Below, piece by piece: positions 21,508 to 31,130 of a stretch of 64,000 nucleotides of DNA. Position 1 is the first letter of the stretch, and the number at the start of each line of letters is the position of its first letter. The position numbers and the translations under genes were made by a program. The notes beneath the pieces were generated by a model. That model was given only the letters and a program-made list of their open reading frames with translations, was not told the DNA's origin and did not search any database. This stretch comes from Armatimonadota bacterium (GTDB taxonomy: Bacteria > Armatimonadota > UBA5829 > DTLH01): NCBI GenBank assembly GCA_038207085.1, contig JBBRAE010000015.1:1-64000 (forward strand). Reading direction: 5' to 3'.

Positions 21508-21978
21508 TCAGTCGATAGGGACGTTCAGCTTCTCGTTTTCGGTCTGTTTGGGAAGCGTAATAATCAGAAATCCTTCGCGGTAGGTCGCCTGGAGATTCTC
21601 ACGATCGATCTTGATCTCCGGCGGGATAGGTATAGTCCGCTCGAACGGACCATAGTATACTTCAAGCTGGTAGTAGCGGATAACCCCTCCACGGTCCATG
21701 TTGCCTTCCCTGCGGATGCCGCGAACGGTGAGAAAGCGGTCATCAGCAGAGAGCGAAACATCCACCTGTTCGGACTTGACTCCGGCCGCGCATACCTTGA
21801 CGATGAGGCTATCGAGGGTTTCGTAGATATCTACCCTCGGCGACCAGACCTCCCCGAGCGTCCCCGGCAGGCCGAACATCTGCATCAGCATATCGTCGGA
21901 CATCCGGCGCATCTGCCTCTCAAGTTCTTCGAGCATATCATCATAAGATTTGAACATCGTATCTTCTCCCAGGCTCAT
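21508..21978 (-). CDS. Hsp20/alpha-crystallin small heat-shock protein
   Basis: PRVDIYET, YGPFERTI, ATYREGFL..LPK; upstream of lon. Confidence 0.92.
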   Translation of the reverse strand: MSLGEDTMFKSYDDMLEELERQMRRMSDDMLMQMFGLPGTLGEVWSPRVDIYETLDSLIVKVCAAGVKSEQVDVSLSADDRFLTVRGIRREGNMDRGGVIRYYQLEVYYGPFERTIPIPPEIKIDRENLQATYREGFLIITLPKQTENEKLNVPID

Positions 21979-22079
21979 CGTTGCATTACAGGGAAACCTT
22001 CAGTTATTGTACCCACGAAACGGCAGCTCGGCAAGCTTAAGACGAAAAAAGTTGTGATAAATGCGATGCGGCACACAAG

Positions 22080-22113
22080 AAAAGAGGCCCGAGGCTCTTT
22101 GCCCGGGCCTTTT
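22080..22113. terminator. Intrinsic terminator after the GH94 gene
   Basis: AGGCCCG/CGGGCCT stem flanked by A and T tracts. Confidence 0.7.
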
Positions 22114-22141
22114 CACATTCCCAACCAATTCTATACCAAGC

Positions 22142-24577
22142 CTATTCACGAGCACGCTGGCTTACCAATTCGGAGGGAAGCTCCATCGTCTTGGATTCGT
22201 GGGTTCCCATCTTTACTTTGACTTCGTGGGCCTTGCCGTCGGCGAAAATGGGCAGAAGCTGCGACTCCCAACGCTCGCCGTCCACTGTGACCTCGACCAC
22301 ACCCATGCTGACGTGCTCGGGATTAACGACCTCAATCTCGTAGGTTGCCCGCCTGAACCGGCGCGTGACGCTGAACCCGTCCCACGCCGACGGGATGCAG
22401 GGGTCGACAAGCAGCCCGCGCACTTCGGGGCGAACTCCCATTATCCAGTCGAGCGATACCTTCCACATCCACGCGGCGGTGCCCGTCATCCACGAGAACT
22501 CGCCCATTCCGTAGAACTGGGAGTCCGGCCCGTGGACGTACTCGCTGTAGGCGTATGGTTCGACCTTGTAGACGTCGGGCTGCCTGCCTCGGTTAATAAA
22601 CGAAGTCATTCTCCACAGGTCGAAGGCGTCGTTTCCTCTTCCAAGGACGCATTCAGCCATCACCGCCCACGCGACGGGGTGATTGAACACGGTGCCGTTT
22701 TCCTTGGTGCCAGGGGCAAAGCGTGAGATGATCCCAAGTTTCGGGTCGGGCTCGCGGTAGGCGGGCAGGAATAGCGCCGGGCCGTAGTCGGTGAGAAGCT
22801 CGCGCTTGACCGAGTCCATCGCGCGGATTCCACGGTTCTTTGGCGCGGCCCCAGCGATCACAGGCCAGCTCTGGGCGTTTAGATAAATGCGCCCTTCCAT
22901 GTTGCGAACACTTCCAAAGGCTTCGCCATCGTCGCGGGTGCCCCTGATATACCAGTCGCCGTCCCAGAGGTGCTCGTTCATATCGCGAATCAGCTTCTCT
23001 CGTGCATCGCTATACTTTTGGGCGAGCGTGTCGCTTCCCGTATACCACAAAAGAAGCGATACTTCGCGAAGCATCCAAGCGAGGTGCGCGGCGACCATTG
23101 TAGTCTCGCCTCGACCCTGACGGCCCACGTAGTCTAGCCCGTCGTTCCAGTCCGCGGCCATAATAAGGGGTATCCCCCGGTCGCTCATGTGACCGAGTGT
23201 GTAGTCGAGCGCGCGCAGAACGTGCTGGCGGACGGTTTCGGCGCCTGTGTCGTAGTATCGAACCGCCTCATCGAGAAAGACGAGATCGCCCGATTCTTTG
23301 AGATACTCAAGCACCCCGAGCACAAGCCACATGGGGTCATCGGAGTGACCCGTCTTGACGCCGATGTTGGTGAGCGGGTCCCAGTTGTGAAGCGTGCTTC
23401 CGTCGGGGAACTGGTGCTCCAGGAGATAGATAACCCGCTGGCGCGCCCATTCCATGTCGTTTGGGAGCACCGCGAGCATGTCCTGCCAGGAGTCACGGTG
23501 CCCGATGATCGAGCCGCCGCCGACGTAGTAGGAGTCCATTCTAGACCAACGCGATGTTATCCACGCCTGATACTTGTTCCAGATGTTAAACGACAGGTCG
23601 AAATCGGCATCGGGAGTGTCGCACATCGTCCGCCCAAGATAGTTGTTCCAGTATAGCTCCACCTCACCGAGCCCGCGTTCAGCCTCTTCCCAGGTGTCGT
23701 AGCGCTCCTTGAAGACTCGGGCGTCCTCTTTCCTGTAGGCGACGCCGACTATCACGACAAACTTGATCTCCTCGCCGGGCCCAAGCTCTATACTGTGCTC
23801 GAATGCACCTATGATGTCCTGACCGTTGCCCTGAGTTCCTGAACACGTGCCCCTTTCGACCGCCTGGGGGTTGCTGTAGTCGTGATACTGCCCTATGAAC
23901 CCTTCATTGAAGCAGTCGAAGCCGTCGTAGGGGAGGCTCGTGCTCATAAAGGCGAACTTGTCCCATCGCGCGTTCGGGTTGCCACCGCCCGGGCTTGTGA
24001 TGTTCCAGAACCGGGTGCTCACAAAAATGATATTGTCTTCGACGCTTGATTCGTTAAATAGCTTGGAGAACTCGGCCTCAGCGAGGTTGTAGGCGTAGTT
24101 GGCGAGGTCCCACTCGACAAACGGAAACGCTTTGATCTTTCTGGTCCGGTCACTTGTGTTCTTGAGCCGGATCATCCAGACTTCGACATCGTCTCTCGGG
24201 GGAACGTAGTATGTGACGTTGCTGTCGATCTCGCTGTAGCTATAATCTATGCTCGTGTAGCCGATGCCCTGCCTTGCCTCGAAACGTCCGCCTTTTCTGC
24301 ACACAGGCTGCCAGCCTGCACTCCAGTACTCCCCCGTTTCCTGGTCTCGGAGGTATATATAGCGTCCGGGACGGTCTCTGCGAACGACGAGTGGGGGATA
24401 CTCTCGGGTAATTCTGTTGTAGCCCGATGTCTCGTAGAACGAGTGCCCGCCGCCGGTGTGCGAGCATAGCGCGCAGTAGCGTCCGTTGGACAGGTAGTTG
24501 ATCCAAGGCCTTGGTGTGTCTGGACGCGTGATAATGTATTCGCGACCGTCGTCTGAAAAATGGCCGTAATCGCTCAT
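22142..24577 (-). CDS. GH94 glycoside phosphorylase (cellobiose/laminaribiose phosphorylase-like)
   Basis: TPRPWINY, SDDPMWL, ADWNDGL, PGTKENG, WMTGTA. Confidence 0.93.
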   Translation of the reverse strand: MSDYGHFSDDGREYIITRPDTPRPWINYLSNGRYCALCSHTGGGHSFYETSGYNRITREYPPLVVRRDRPGRYIYLRDQETGEYWSAGWQPVCRKGGRFEARQGIGYTSIDYSYSEIDSNVTYYVPPRDDVEVWMIRLKNTSDRTRKIKAFPFVEWDLANYAYNLAEAEFSKLFNESSVEDNIIFVSTRFWNITSPGGGNPNARWDKFAFMSTSLPYDGFDCFNEGFIGQYHDYSNPQAVERGTCSGTQGNGQDIIGAFEHSIELGPGEEIKFVVIVGVAYRKEDARVFKERYDTWEEAERGLGEVELYWNNYLGRTMCDTPDADFDLSFNIWNKYQAWITSRWSRMDSYYVGGGSIIGHRDSWQDMLAVLPNDMEWARQRVIYLLEHQFPDGSTLHNWDPLTNIGVKTGHSDDPMWLVLGVLEYLKESGDLVFLDEAVRYYDTGAETVRQHVLRALDYTLGHMSDRGIPLIMAADWNDGLDYVGRQGRGETTMVAAHLAWMLREVSLLLWYTGSDTLAQKYSDAREKLIRDMNEHLWDGDWYIRGTRDDGEAFGSVRNMEGRIYLNAQSWPVIAGAAPKNRGIRAMDSVKRELLTDYGPALFLPAYREPDPKLGIISRFAPGTKENGTVFNHPVAWAVMAECVLGRGNDAFDLWRMTSFINRGRQPDVYKVEPYAYSEYVHGPDSQFYGMGEFSWMTGTAAWMWKVSLDWIMGVRPEVRGLLVDPCIPSAWDGFSVTRRFRRATYEIEVVNPEHVSMGVVEVTVDGERWESQLLPIFADGKAHEVKVKMGTHESKTMELPSELVSQRARE

Positions 24578-24813
24578 TCGTCTTCGCCGACCTCCATAAC
24601 TACAGTCAGTTCCTCGACATCGACCTGCCTGACACCGGGGATGCCCTGCGCCACCATTTGGGCGAGCTCGCGCTGTTCGGGGCTGTCCACTCTGCCCTTG
24701 AGCGATATCTCACCGTTTGCCGCCCGCACCATAATCGGCAACCCACCGATGCGTTTGTCCTGGGTCATGGCATGCCTGACTCGCTGTGCCAGTGCTTCAT
24801 CCTGGAAACCCAC
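24574..24813 (-). CDS. Single BON-domain protein
   Basis: D..L..RV..A, G.I.LKG.V, IPGVRQV pattern; ATGA overlap with GH94. Confidence 0.85.
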   Translation of the reverse strand: MGFQDEALAQRVRHAMTQDKRIGGLPIMVRAANGEISLKGRVDSPEQRELAQMVAQGIPGVRQVDVEELTVVMEVGEDE

Positions 24814-24847
24814 CTCGCGCTACCTCCATTCACACCCAGCCCGGTAT

Positions 24848-24873
24848 TTTCCCTCGCAGAAGAGCTGCGAAAC
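24848..24873 (-). promoter_or_regulatory. Candidate SigB-type promoter for BON-GH94
   Basis: GTTT-N16-GGGAAA on the minus strand, ~35 nt before the start codon. Confidence 0.5.
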
Positions 24874-24996
24874 ATAACGATGGGGCTGTTTTCGTACGCA
24901 AATCAGCGCCCGTCCACCGCGTGTTTTGTTTATGCTGGTGAGCAGGCGCTGATCGTATAGAGCATTGTTATGAGTATACCCGCGAATGGGGCTTTG

Positions 24997-25578
24997 CTAT
25001 CGCTTATCGATCTCCAATAGCGTTTTTTCGGCTTCTTTGGCGAGTTCCGAGCCGGGGGATATTTTCTTCACTTCAAGCAGGGAGGCTCTCGCACCAGCCA
25101 TGTCTCCGGTCTGTGCAAGTGCGACTCCGAGCCAGTAGCGGCTTTGGATGTGTTTGGGGTCGAGCTTTGCCGCATCACGAGCTATCTCGGCTGCACGAGA
25201 TGGTTTGCCCGCGCTGATATACATAGCGGCGAGGTCGGTCATAACGTTCGGGTCGTTCGGTTTCTTCGCAAGCGACTTTTCGTAGGCGTTGATCGCGACG
25301 GAGAGGCTTGAGTGCATGGTGTCGTAGGCGTGGTTGCCGATCTCAGATAGCGCCTGGGGGTCGGTCTGCTGGTCTATCATCTGAAGCGCCGCCTGAGCGG
25401 TTTGTGCGCTATCCTGAGCCGAAAACATATCCGCGTGGTTATGACCCGACTGCGCGGGGGACTTTGGGGCCATGCTCCAGCCGATGATCGCGCCCGCGAA
25501 CAGGCACAGTATCCCGATTATTCCAACATACTCGATACGAAGCCCCAAGGGGCCGCTTGGATTGCGTTTTTCAGCCAT
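24997..25578 (-). CDS. Membrane-anchored TPR protein
   Basis: N-terminal TM, His-containing linker, TPR-like repeats. Confidence 0.8.
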   Translation of the reverse strand: MAEKRNPSGPLGLRIEYVGIIGILCLFAGAIIGWSMAPKSPAQSGHNHADMFSAQDSAQTAQAALQMIDQQTDPQALSEIGNHAYDTMHSSLSVAINAYEKSLAKKPNDPNVMTDLAAMYISAGKPSRAAEIARDAAKLDPKHIQSRYWLGVALAQTGDMAGARASLLEVKKISPGSELAKEAEKTLLEIDKR

Positions 25579-25579
25579 A

Positions 25580-26545
25580 CTAATCGATTGACTCCGCGAT
25601 TTTCTTCAGTTCGCCGGCGGGGATATCCGCGACGATGATGATGTTCTTGTCGTTCCTGGTAACCGACGTAACGTTCGCTTGCCCAGCTCTCATAATCTCG
25701 CAATCTTTGCTTTTGCAGCTGGTCTTGCACGACTTAGCGCAGTTGTGTTTGGCGGACATCTCGTAGATGGAGATGCTGTTCATGCCGTCGCTGTAACGTA
25801 TATGCGCTACTTTGCGGTCCGGGCAGCACGGGCAGGGCTGCACGTTGACTCCGGCGAGCTTGTATCCCGCGGGGAGAGATTTCGGCAGAGCAATGTGTAC
25901 GCCCACAGCCTTCTGTGCCAGGGCGATGTCGTTGGCGCGCGAATCTGTTACCGTCACCCAGCTATTGTCGACGAACTCGGGTTTGGCAAATCGAGAATCT
26001 GCCAAGGCTTTCACTTCTATATATGAGATGCGTGTAAACTCAGTCGACGATCTCACCTTTTCACAGCAGTCTCTGACTTCAGTGCGAAGTATGACCCCCG
26101 TTTTCTTATCAACCCAGATGCGCTTTGAGGAGTTTTTGCCGTGCTTTGCCCGTATGTCAATTATCGCTGCGCGCTGTCCGGCTACGACACCGTCTCCAAC
26201 CCAGCGTGGCTCATAGTTTGCAGGGAATCTTGGCTCAAACCCAGCGCGTTTGACTTCGATTTCTCGCGTCTTGCGCCTGTAAGTTCGGGTCTCCTGGGGA
26301 GTTGTTATGATTGTCACGCCGTTTGGGTATTCGATCATCTCGAACTGTCCATTGTGGCTCACTATTGCTGAGGTAGTGTATTCGCGGTTTCCGAGCATTA
26401 CTCTGCTGGTGACAGTGCCTCCATAGGCGCAGGTCGGCGTGTCAGACAAGAGTGTAGTTGCCCGGACTCTGGAGGCCAGTGTGCTGAGTTGCCAGGTCGT
26501 GAATACGACAACCACCAGGGTGATGAGTATAGCCCACCGTTTCAT
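25580..26545 (-). CDS. MucB/RseB-like periplasmic regulator, Cys-rich
   Basis: VAGQRA, RIWVDKKTGVILR, LPKSLPAGY, YSDGMNSISIYE; downstream of the anti-sigma gene. Confidence 0.8.
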   Translation of the reverse strand: MKRWAILITLVVVVFTTWQLSTLASRVRATTLLSDTPTCAYGGTVTSRVMLGNREYTTSAIVSHNGQFEMIEYPNGVTIITTPQETRTYRRKTREIEVKRAGFEPRFPANYEPRWVGDGVVAGQRAAIIDIRAKHGKNSSKRIWVDKKTGVILRTEVRDCCEKVRSSTEFTRISYIEVKALADSRFAKPEFVDNSWVTVTDSRANDIALAQKAVGVHIALPKSLPAGYKLAGVNVQPCPCCPDRKVAHIRYSDGMNSISIYEMSAKHNCAKSCKTSCKSKDCEIMRAGQANVTSVTRNDKNIIIVADIPAGELKKIAESID

Positions 26546-27033
26546 TGTTCGCTGTGACCTCTGTCTGAGCTCATAGATGCGATAAACCCGAGGCTTACCC
26601 GGTCCGCGTAGGCGTCGTCAGACGACGCTGCGGCATGGTCGGCCACATAGGGCATCATTGCCATATCTGCGTTATGCACTGGTACCTTGGGCGATGGGCC
26701 AAGCACGACAGCACCTGCAATAGCTGCGAAGCCGACCGCAAAGGCAATCGCCCTCCTGGGCGGAAAAAATGCGTTTTGGAGCCGATCCATCAGCCCGAAC
26801 CACGGCTTTTGTGCAATTCGGCTGCTCACGCTCTGCCAGAGATCGCTCGGTGGCTCGAGTTCGCCGATATTCTCGACGACCATACTCATCACGCTCTCAA
26901 GGCGGGCAAGCTCGGAGGCGCAATTCACGCAATTGTCCAAGTGCAGAGTGACCGACTGCGACACGCTATCGGAAAGGTTGCCGACCGAGTAATCGGCTAT
27001 TAACTTGTCTACTTCTTCACAATTCACTGCCAC
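26542..27033 (-). CDS. zf-HC2 (ZAS) transmembrane anti-sigma factor
   Basis: HLDNCVNC motif plus a TM helix. Confidence 0.88.
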   Translation of the reverse strand: MAVNCEEVDKLIADYSVGNLSDSVSQSVTLHLDNCVNCASELARLESVMSMVVENIGELEPPSDLWQSVSSRIAQKPWFGLMDRLQNAFFPPRRAIAFAVGFAAIAGAVVLGPSPKVPVHNADMAMMPYVADHAAASSDDAYADRVSLGFIASMSSDRGHSEQ

Positions 27034-27046
27034 TCACAGCTTTCTC

Positions 27047-27125
27047 TAGCCTGCATTATTAACGAGGAGCGTGAATAATGCTTTGCTAGCGAGAGCTTTA
27101 TTCGCTTCACGAATAAAGCGGGCTA
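27047..27125. repeat. 79-bp palindromic dispersed element, copy 1
   Basis: TAGCCTGC...GCGGGCTA termini with two internal hairpins; closely similar to 33929-34007 and 45797-45875. Confidence 0.9.
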
Positions 27126-27761
27126 ATCAACATAATGCGAGAGTTTTCTTTTGAGTTCTTCCCTGGCCCGTGAGAGCCGGGACTTGACGGTGCCGATCGG
27201 CGAGTCGAGCATTTTTGCGATCTCGGACACGTCCATCCCTTCGAGATGGTGCAGCACGATGACCGTTCTGTGCTCGGGCGAGAGCGTTGATACCGCTCGC
27301 CTGATCGCCTGCTGCTTATCATCAAGAAGAAGCTGTTTTTCCGGCCCGATCGACGGGTCGGCAATCTCTCGGCTGACCTCTCCGTCCTCAAACTTTACGG
27401 TTGCGTCGAGCGATTCGGTATTCGGCTTCTTGCGTCGCCCGAAATCTCGACAAACGTTCACCGTCACCGTTCGAAGCCAAGTCAGAAACGCCTCTTCGGC
27501 GCGAAGCCTCCCGATGGAGTTGAAAACCTTGACGAAAACTTCCTGGGTGAGCTCGGAGGCGTCGCTTTCGTTGCCGACAAGCCTGTAAGCCATGTTGTAC
27601 ACGCGCTTTTGATAGCGGCGAAACAGCTCCTCGAACGCTGAAACATCGCCAGCTTTGGTGCGGCGGACGAGACTAACGTCCGCCATCTCAGGAGATGATG
27701 CGCCGCGGCCGTTTCCGTTGCTATCAGGGTGTAAGACGCTGGTCACTGTGTTGGGTTCCAT
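27123..27761 (-). CDS. ECF (RpoE/SigW-like) sigma factor
   Basis: DASELTQEVF, FLTWL, EIAKML..PIGTVKSRLSRAR. Confidence 0.95.
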   Translation of the reverse strand: MEPNTVTSVLHPDSNGNGRGASSPEMADVSLVRRTKAGDVSAFEELFRRYQKRVYNMAYRLVGNESDASELTQEVFVKVFNSIGRLRAEEAFLTWLRTVTVNVCRDFGRRKKPNTESLDATVKFEDGEVSREIADPSIGPEKQLLLDDKQQAIRRAVSTLSPEHRTVIVLHHLEGMDVSEIAKMLDSPIGTVKSRLSRAREELKRKLSHYVD

Positions 27762-27808
27762 AATTCTCTCTCGGATTCCATCGTTTCCATTTTACAACAA
27801 ACTGTGAA

Positions 27809-27837
27809 ATATTACACCAGCCTTGTTCTCATATCAA
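27809..27837 (-). promoter_or_regulatory. Sigma70-type promoter for the ECF operon
   Basis: TTGATA-N17-TAATAT. Confidence 0.5.
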
Positions 27838-27841
27838 AAAC

Positions 27842-27870
27842 AAAAGTGGCCGCCCGTTTGGACGACCACT
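27842..27870 (-). terminator. Intrinsic terminator
   Basis: AGTGGTCGTCC/GGGCGGCCACT stem followed by TTT on the minus strand. Confidence 0.65.
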
Positions 27871-27915
27871 GGTATTCGTCTGTGATTGCATGCTTTGTGG
27901 CTGTGAGAAAATACG

Positions 27916-28476
27916 CTAGAATCTGGTTCCTATCTCGATGGACCACACCCCATCGTCGCCGGGGTTCTCACCGCCCTGGAAGCCTCCCTGGAAGAAGAGC
28001 GTTTGGTCGAAGTCTGCACCTGCTTTGATTCCCCAACCGAAGCTGAAGCCGTCGCTTATGTCGAGTTCGGGGATCTCGTTGCTTGCCCACCTGAAGCCTG
28101 CGCCGATCTGTGTATAAACCCGAGTTCCCTGCAGGTTGCCATAGCTTCTGTAGTTCAGAAGTGTGGAAACGAGCTGCTCGTCCCCGGTAGTAAGGGTGTT
28201 GATCGGGATCAGGTCAGAGGTGATCGATATCCACTTGTTGCCTTCGCCCTGAATATCGCCCAAAGGCGACTGGTAGCCGAAACCTACGAGGTAGGTTGTG
28301 TCGTCTTTGGTGTTTCCGGTAAGAAACGCGATGCCTCCGTGGATGTCCCACCGCGAAGCCTCGATCGCTGGGTTGACGGCGTCTCCCCAGTAGTCGTCCC
28401 ATTGCGCGCTGGCCGTTCCTGGGAATGCAAGCACCGAAACCACGAGCAAAATTGATACAATGGCAAACCGTTTCAC
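27916..28476 (-). CDS. Exported protein, probable small outer-membrane beta-barrel
   Basis: Signal peptide (ASA-Q), alternating beta pattern, C-terminal Phe. Confidence 0.65.
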   Translation of the reverse strand: MKRFAIVSILLVVSVLAFPGTASAQWDDYWGDAVNPAIEASRWDIHGGIAFLTGNTKDDTTYLVGFGYQSPLGDIQGEGNKWISITSDLIPINTLTTGDEQLVSTLLNYRSYGNLQGTRVYTQIGAGFRWASNEIPELDISDGFSFGWGIKAGADFDQTLFFQGGFQGGENPGDDGVWSIEIGTRF

Positions 28477-28519
28477 GTCTGGTTCCTCCCTTCAAGGATG
28501 ACCGTAATGTGCATTATTG

Positions 28520-29299
28520 TTACCACAGGTACTTCACACCGAGAATCAGCCCGCTCTCTGTAAGACCGTTGAACTGATTGATATCATGAATCAGTCTCTT
28601 TGCGAGATAATATCTCACCCCTGAGACGGTTTCGAGCCCCGCTTCGAGGTTGTAATCGAAGAAATTGTCCCTGTCTATGTCGCCGACTTCGGTCACGAAG
28701 TGTCCTGTTGCGCTGCCATAGAACATCCCCGAGCGGCAGTAACCGAGGCAGAGGGTATCGACCTGGGCTAGAAAATCCCACTGATAGTCGACGTCTATTG
28801 TGTGAGCGTAGTATCCGACCGCGAATCTTAGATTCGGCTTGCCGCCCTTCTGCCATCCTATGTTATAGAGTTCGTAGGACTCGTCGGTGTCGTTGGGTCG
28901 GTCGATCGTGTGAAACGACTGGTGCCTGACGCTGAAGATATACGCCTGTGACCCTTTTGGACGGTACGCGGCGAGCTCGAACGTCCCCCTGTAACGATCG
29001 GGCTGGAAGCTGTCTTCATCGGTATCTTCTATCAGCGTAAGCACTCCGCCCCCGAAGTTGAAGTGTGTCTTTCCCCAGGAGCCGAAGTCAAACGACGTAT
29101 TGATGTCGGCGAGATACTTGTAGGGCTCCCCTGTAATCCACCAGTCGGCCTCTACGTCACCGTGGGTCTTGCTTATCGCAGACGGTGGCGCAGGCACGGG
29201 GTAGGGGAACGGAGGCGCAAGCTGAGCGAGCGCGGGGCCTGCGATGAGTGCTATGAACAACGCTGCTATACGCATTTTTGTGTTAGACTCCTTTGACAA
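28520..29299 (-). CDS. Exported protein, probable outer-membrane beta-barrel
   Basis: Signal peptide (ALA-Q), amphipathic strands, ends GVKYLW; start may be the second Met. Confidence 0.6.
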   Translation of the reverse strand: MSKESNTKMRIAALFIALIAGPALAQLAPPFPYPVPAPPSAISKTHGDVEADWWITGEPYKYLADINTSFDFGSWGKTHFNFGGGVLTLIEDTDEDSFQPDRYRGTFELAAYRPKGSQAYIFSVRHQSFHTIDRPNDTDESYELYNIGWQKGGKPNLRFAVGYYAHTIDVDYQWDFLAQVDTLCLGYCRSGMFYGSATGHFVTEVGDIDRDNFFDYNLEAGLETVSGVRYYLAKRLIHDINQFNGLTESGLILGVKYLW

Positions 29300-29328
29300 G
29301 AGGTATCCTGGCGGTTAGTCGCTAAGTT

Positions 29329-29354
29329 GTACCCGCCTGGCTTGTTATCCAAAC
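29329..29354 (-). promoter_or_regulatory. Candidate SigB-type promoter
   Basis: GTTT-N16-GGGTAC upstream of 28520..29299. Confidence 0.45.
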
Positions 29355-29406
29355 TGCGCATTATCGAAGCTGGGTAAGTACATAAATGCGAAAATGGTGA
29401 TCGATT

Positions 29407-30399
29407 ATGCCTGCAAACCTGACTCCGCAATACCTTGAGGCTGAAGCCCGGTATAGAGCCGCAGACGCCGACGAGGAGAAGCTCGAAGCGCTCGATGAGA
29501 TGATGGCTGTCATCCCCAAGCACAAGGGGACCGAGAAGATGCGCGCCGACATCAAGAAGCGCATCGCCAAGCTCAAACAAAAAGAGAAATCCTCCGGCGC
29601 GGCAAAACGTGGGGTCGACTATCACGTCGAAAAAGAGGGCGCGGGCCAAATCGCGATAGCTGGTCCGCCCAACACTGGCAAATCGATGATCGTCTCACGC
29701 CTCTCTGCCGCCCATCCCGAGGTCGCCGACTACCCGTTTACGACTAAACTCCCTCTTCCTGGGATGATGGAGTTCGAGGACGTGCTCGTTCAGCTAGTCG
29801 ACACCCCTGCGATCGCCCCTGAGATGACCGAGCCGTGGGTAGTTGCGCTCGTGAGGTCTGCCGACGCCGTCGTGCTGGTGCTGGACGCCTCAAACGGGAC
29901 GATTCTTGATGATATGGAGCAGTTTCAGTCCGAGATTGCGAAGTCCAAGCTGCACCTGGTCGCCCCCGGCGAGTCGCCGAAGGGGGATTACCCCATCGGC
30001 ACCGTGTTTCGTCCCGCGATAATCGCCGCGAACAAGATAGACCTCCCGGGCGCGCGCGAGGACCTGGACGTGTTCGTCGACCTCTACCAGCCCGACCTCC
30101 CGGTGCTCCCGATCTCGGCGCAATCAGGCGAGGGGTTAGAAGAGCTAAAGAGCCGAATCTGGAGTCTTCTTGGAATAGTCCGAGTCTACACCAAGATCCC
30201 CGGCAAGCCCGCCGACCTGGGTCGCCCCTTCACCCTGAAGCGAGGCAGCACCGTAGCCGACCTGGCATCGACCGTCCATAAAGAATTCGCCGGCCGCCTA
30301 CGATTCGCCCGTGCCTGGGGCAAGGGAAAGCCCGACGGCGCGATGATAGGCCGAGAGCAGGAGCTTGAGGATGGGGATGTGGTGGAGCTGCACGTGTGA
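29407..30399 (+). CDS. DRG/OBG-family GTPase with TGS domain
   Basis: PKHKGTEK, GPPNTGKS, YPFTT, NKID, C-terminal TGS. Confidence 0.9.
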   Translation: MPANLTPQYLEAEARYRAADADEEKLEALDEMMAVIPKHKGTEKMRADIKKRIAKLKQKEKSSGAAKRGVDYHVEKEGAGQIAIAGPPNTGKSMIVSRLSAAHPEVADYPFTTKLPLPGMMEFEDVLVQLVDTPAIAPEMTEPWVVALVRSADAVVLVLDASNGTILDDMEQFQSEIAKSKLHLVAPGESPKGDYPIGTVFRPAIIAANKIDLPGAREDLDVFVDLYQPDLPVLPISAQSGEGLEELKSRIWSLLGIVRVYTKIPGKPADLGRPFTLKRGSTVADLASTVHKEFAGRLRFARAWGKGKPDGAMIGREQELEDGDVVELHV

Positions 30400-30906
30400 G
30401 GGAAAACGATCGGGGGTAGCTCCCGACGATTGGCCCGTGTCGAGGGTTTGGGTGGAGCGCACGTTTCGAGAGCCTCAACGTGATTGGCTTTAGATTGATC
30501 TGTAATTGGAAGATTGGTGGGCGCGGTACGATCTCTCATATCTCACCCAAGTCAAACCCCTCACCCTGAGGCTCTCGAAGGGTGCGATAGACAAATCTAT
30601 CAATGTGCCACATCAAATGGGAGCTGATCGCACGCGATATTCATCGCGTGCGAAATAGAACAATTAGGGAGCTTGGCTCCCGGCGAATCGCTTCAGACGA
30701 TCTCCTGACTGTAAGCCCTCATCTTTGTTTCGCGGTCGTGATACATATCGCGCCTTATCAAGGGATACCTTCCGCAATCTGCAGATGTATATGTTCGTTT
30801 GTGTCCAAAGAGCCCCCCCCAACAGGAATATAGGATAATGATAATGTCGCATAGCACAACAGTCAAGCCTGGTAGCCATGTCACCGACTTTTTCTGTTTG
30901 AAACTC

Positions 30907-30935
30907 TTTACAAAGCCTGCTGAGTATGCTAATAT
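30907..30935 (+). promoter_or_regulatory. Sigma70 promoter for tRNA-Val
   Basis: TTTACA-N17-TAATAT with TGn extension, 10 nt before the tRNA. Confidence 0.65.
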
Positions 30936-30945
30936 AGTGGCCGAT

Positions 30946-31020
30946 GGGCGGTTAGATCAGGGGGAGATCGCTTCGTTGACACCGAAGAGGCCATTGGTTC
31001 AAATCCAATACCGCCCACCA
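30946..31020 (+). tRNA. tRNA-Val (GAC)
   Basis: Cloverleaf: acceptor GGGCGGT/ACCGCCC, D-stem GATC/GATC, anticodon stem CTTCG/CGAAG with loop TTGACAC, TTCAAAT T-loop, encoded CCA. Confidence 0.97.
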
Positions 31021-31130
31021 TACATTCCAACACAGAGGTGGTGCCTGCGCCACCGACCAAATTGTGCGACAGGGCTGGTAGGGCTGGGCTTTACCAGTCG
31101 TAGTTTTGTACGGACCCTGGGGTAAAAAAG

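Noticed and set aside
30400..31130. tRNA-Val as an integration site, and short ORFs in the preceding spacer
   Set aside because: No duplicated tRNA 3' end or integrase seen; the short overlapping ORFs have no recognisable motifs
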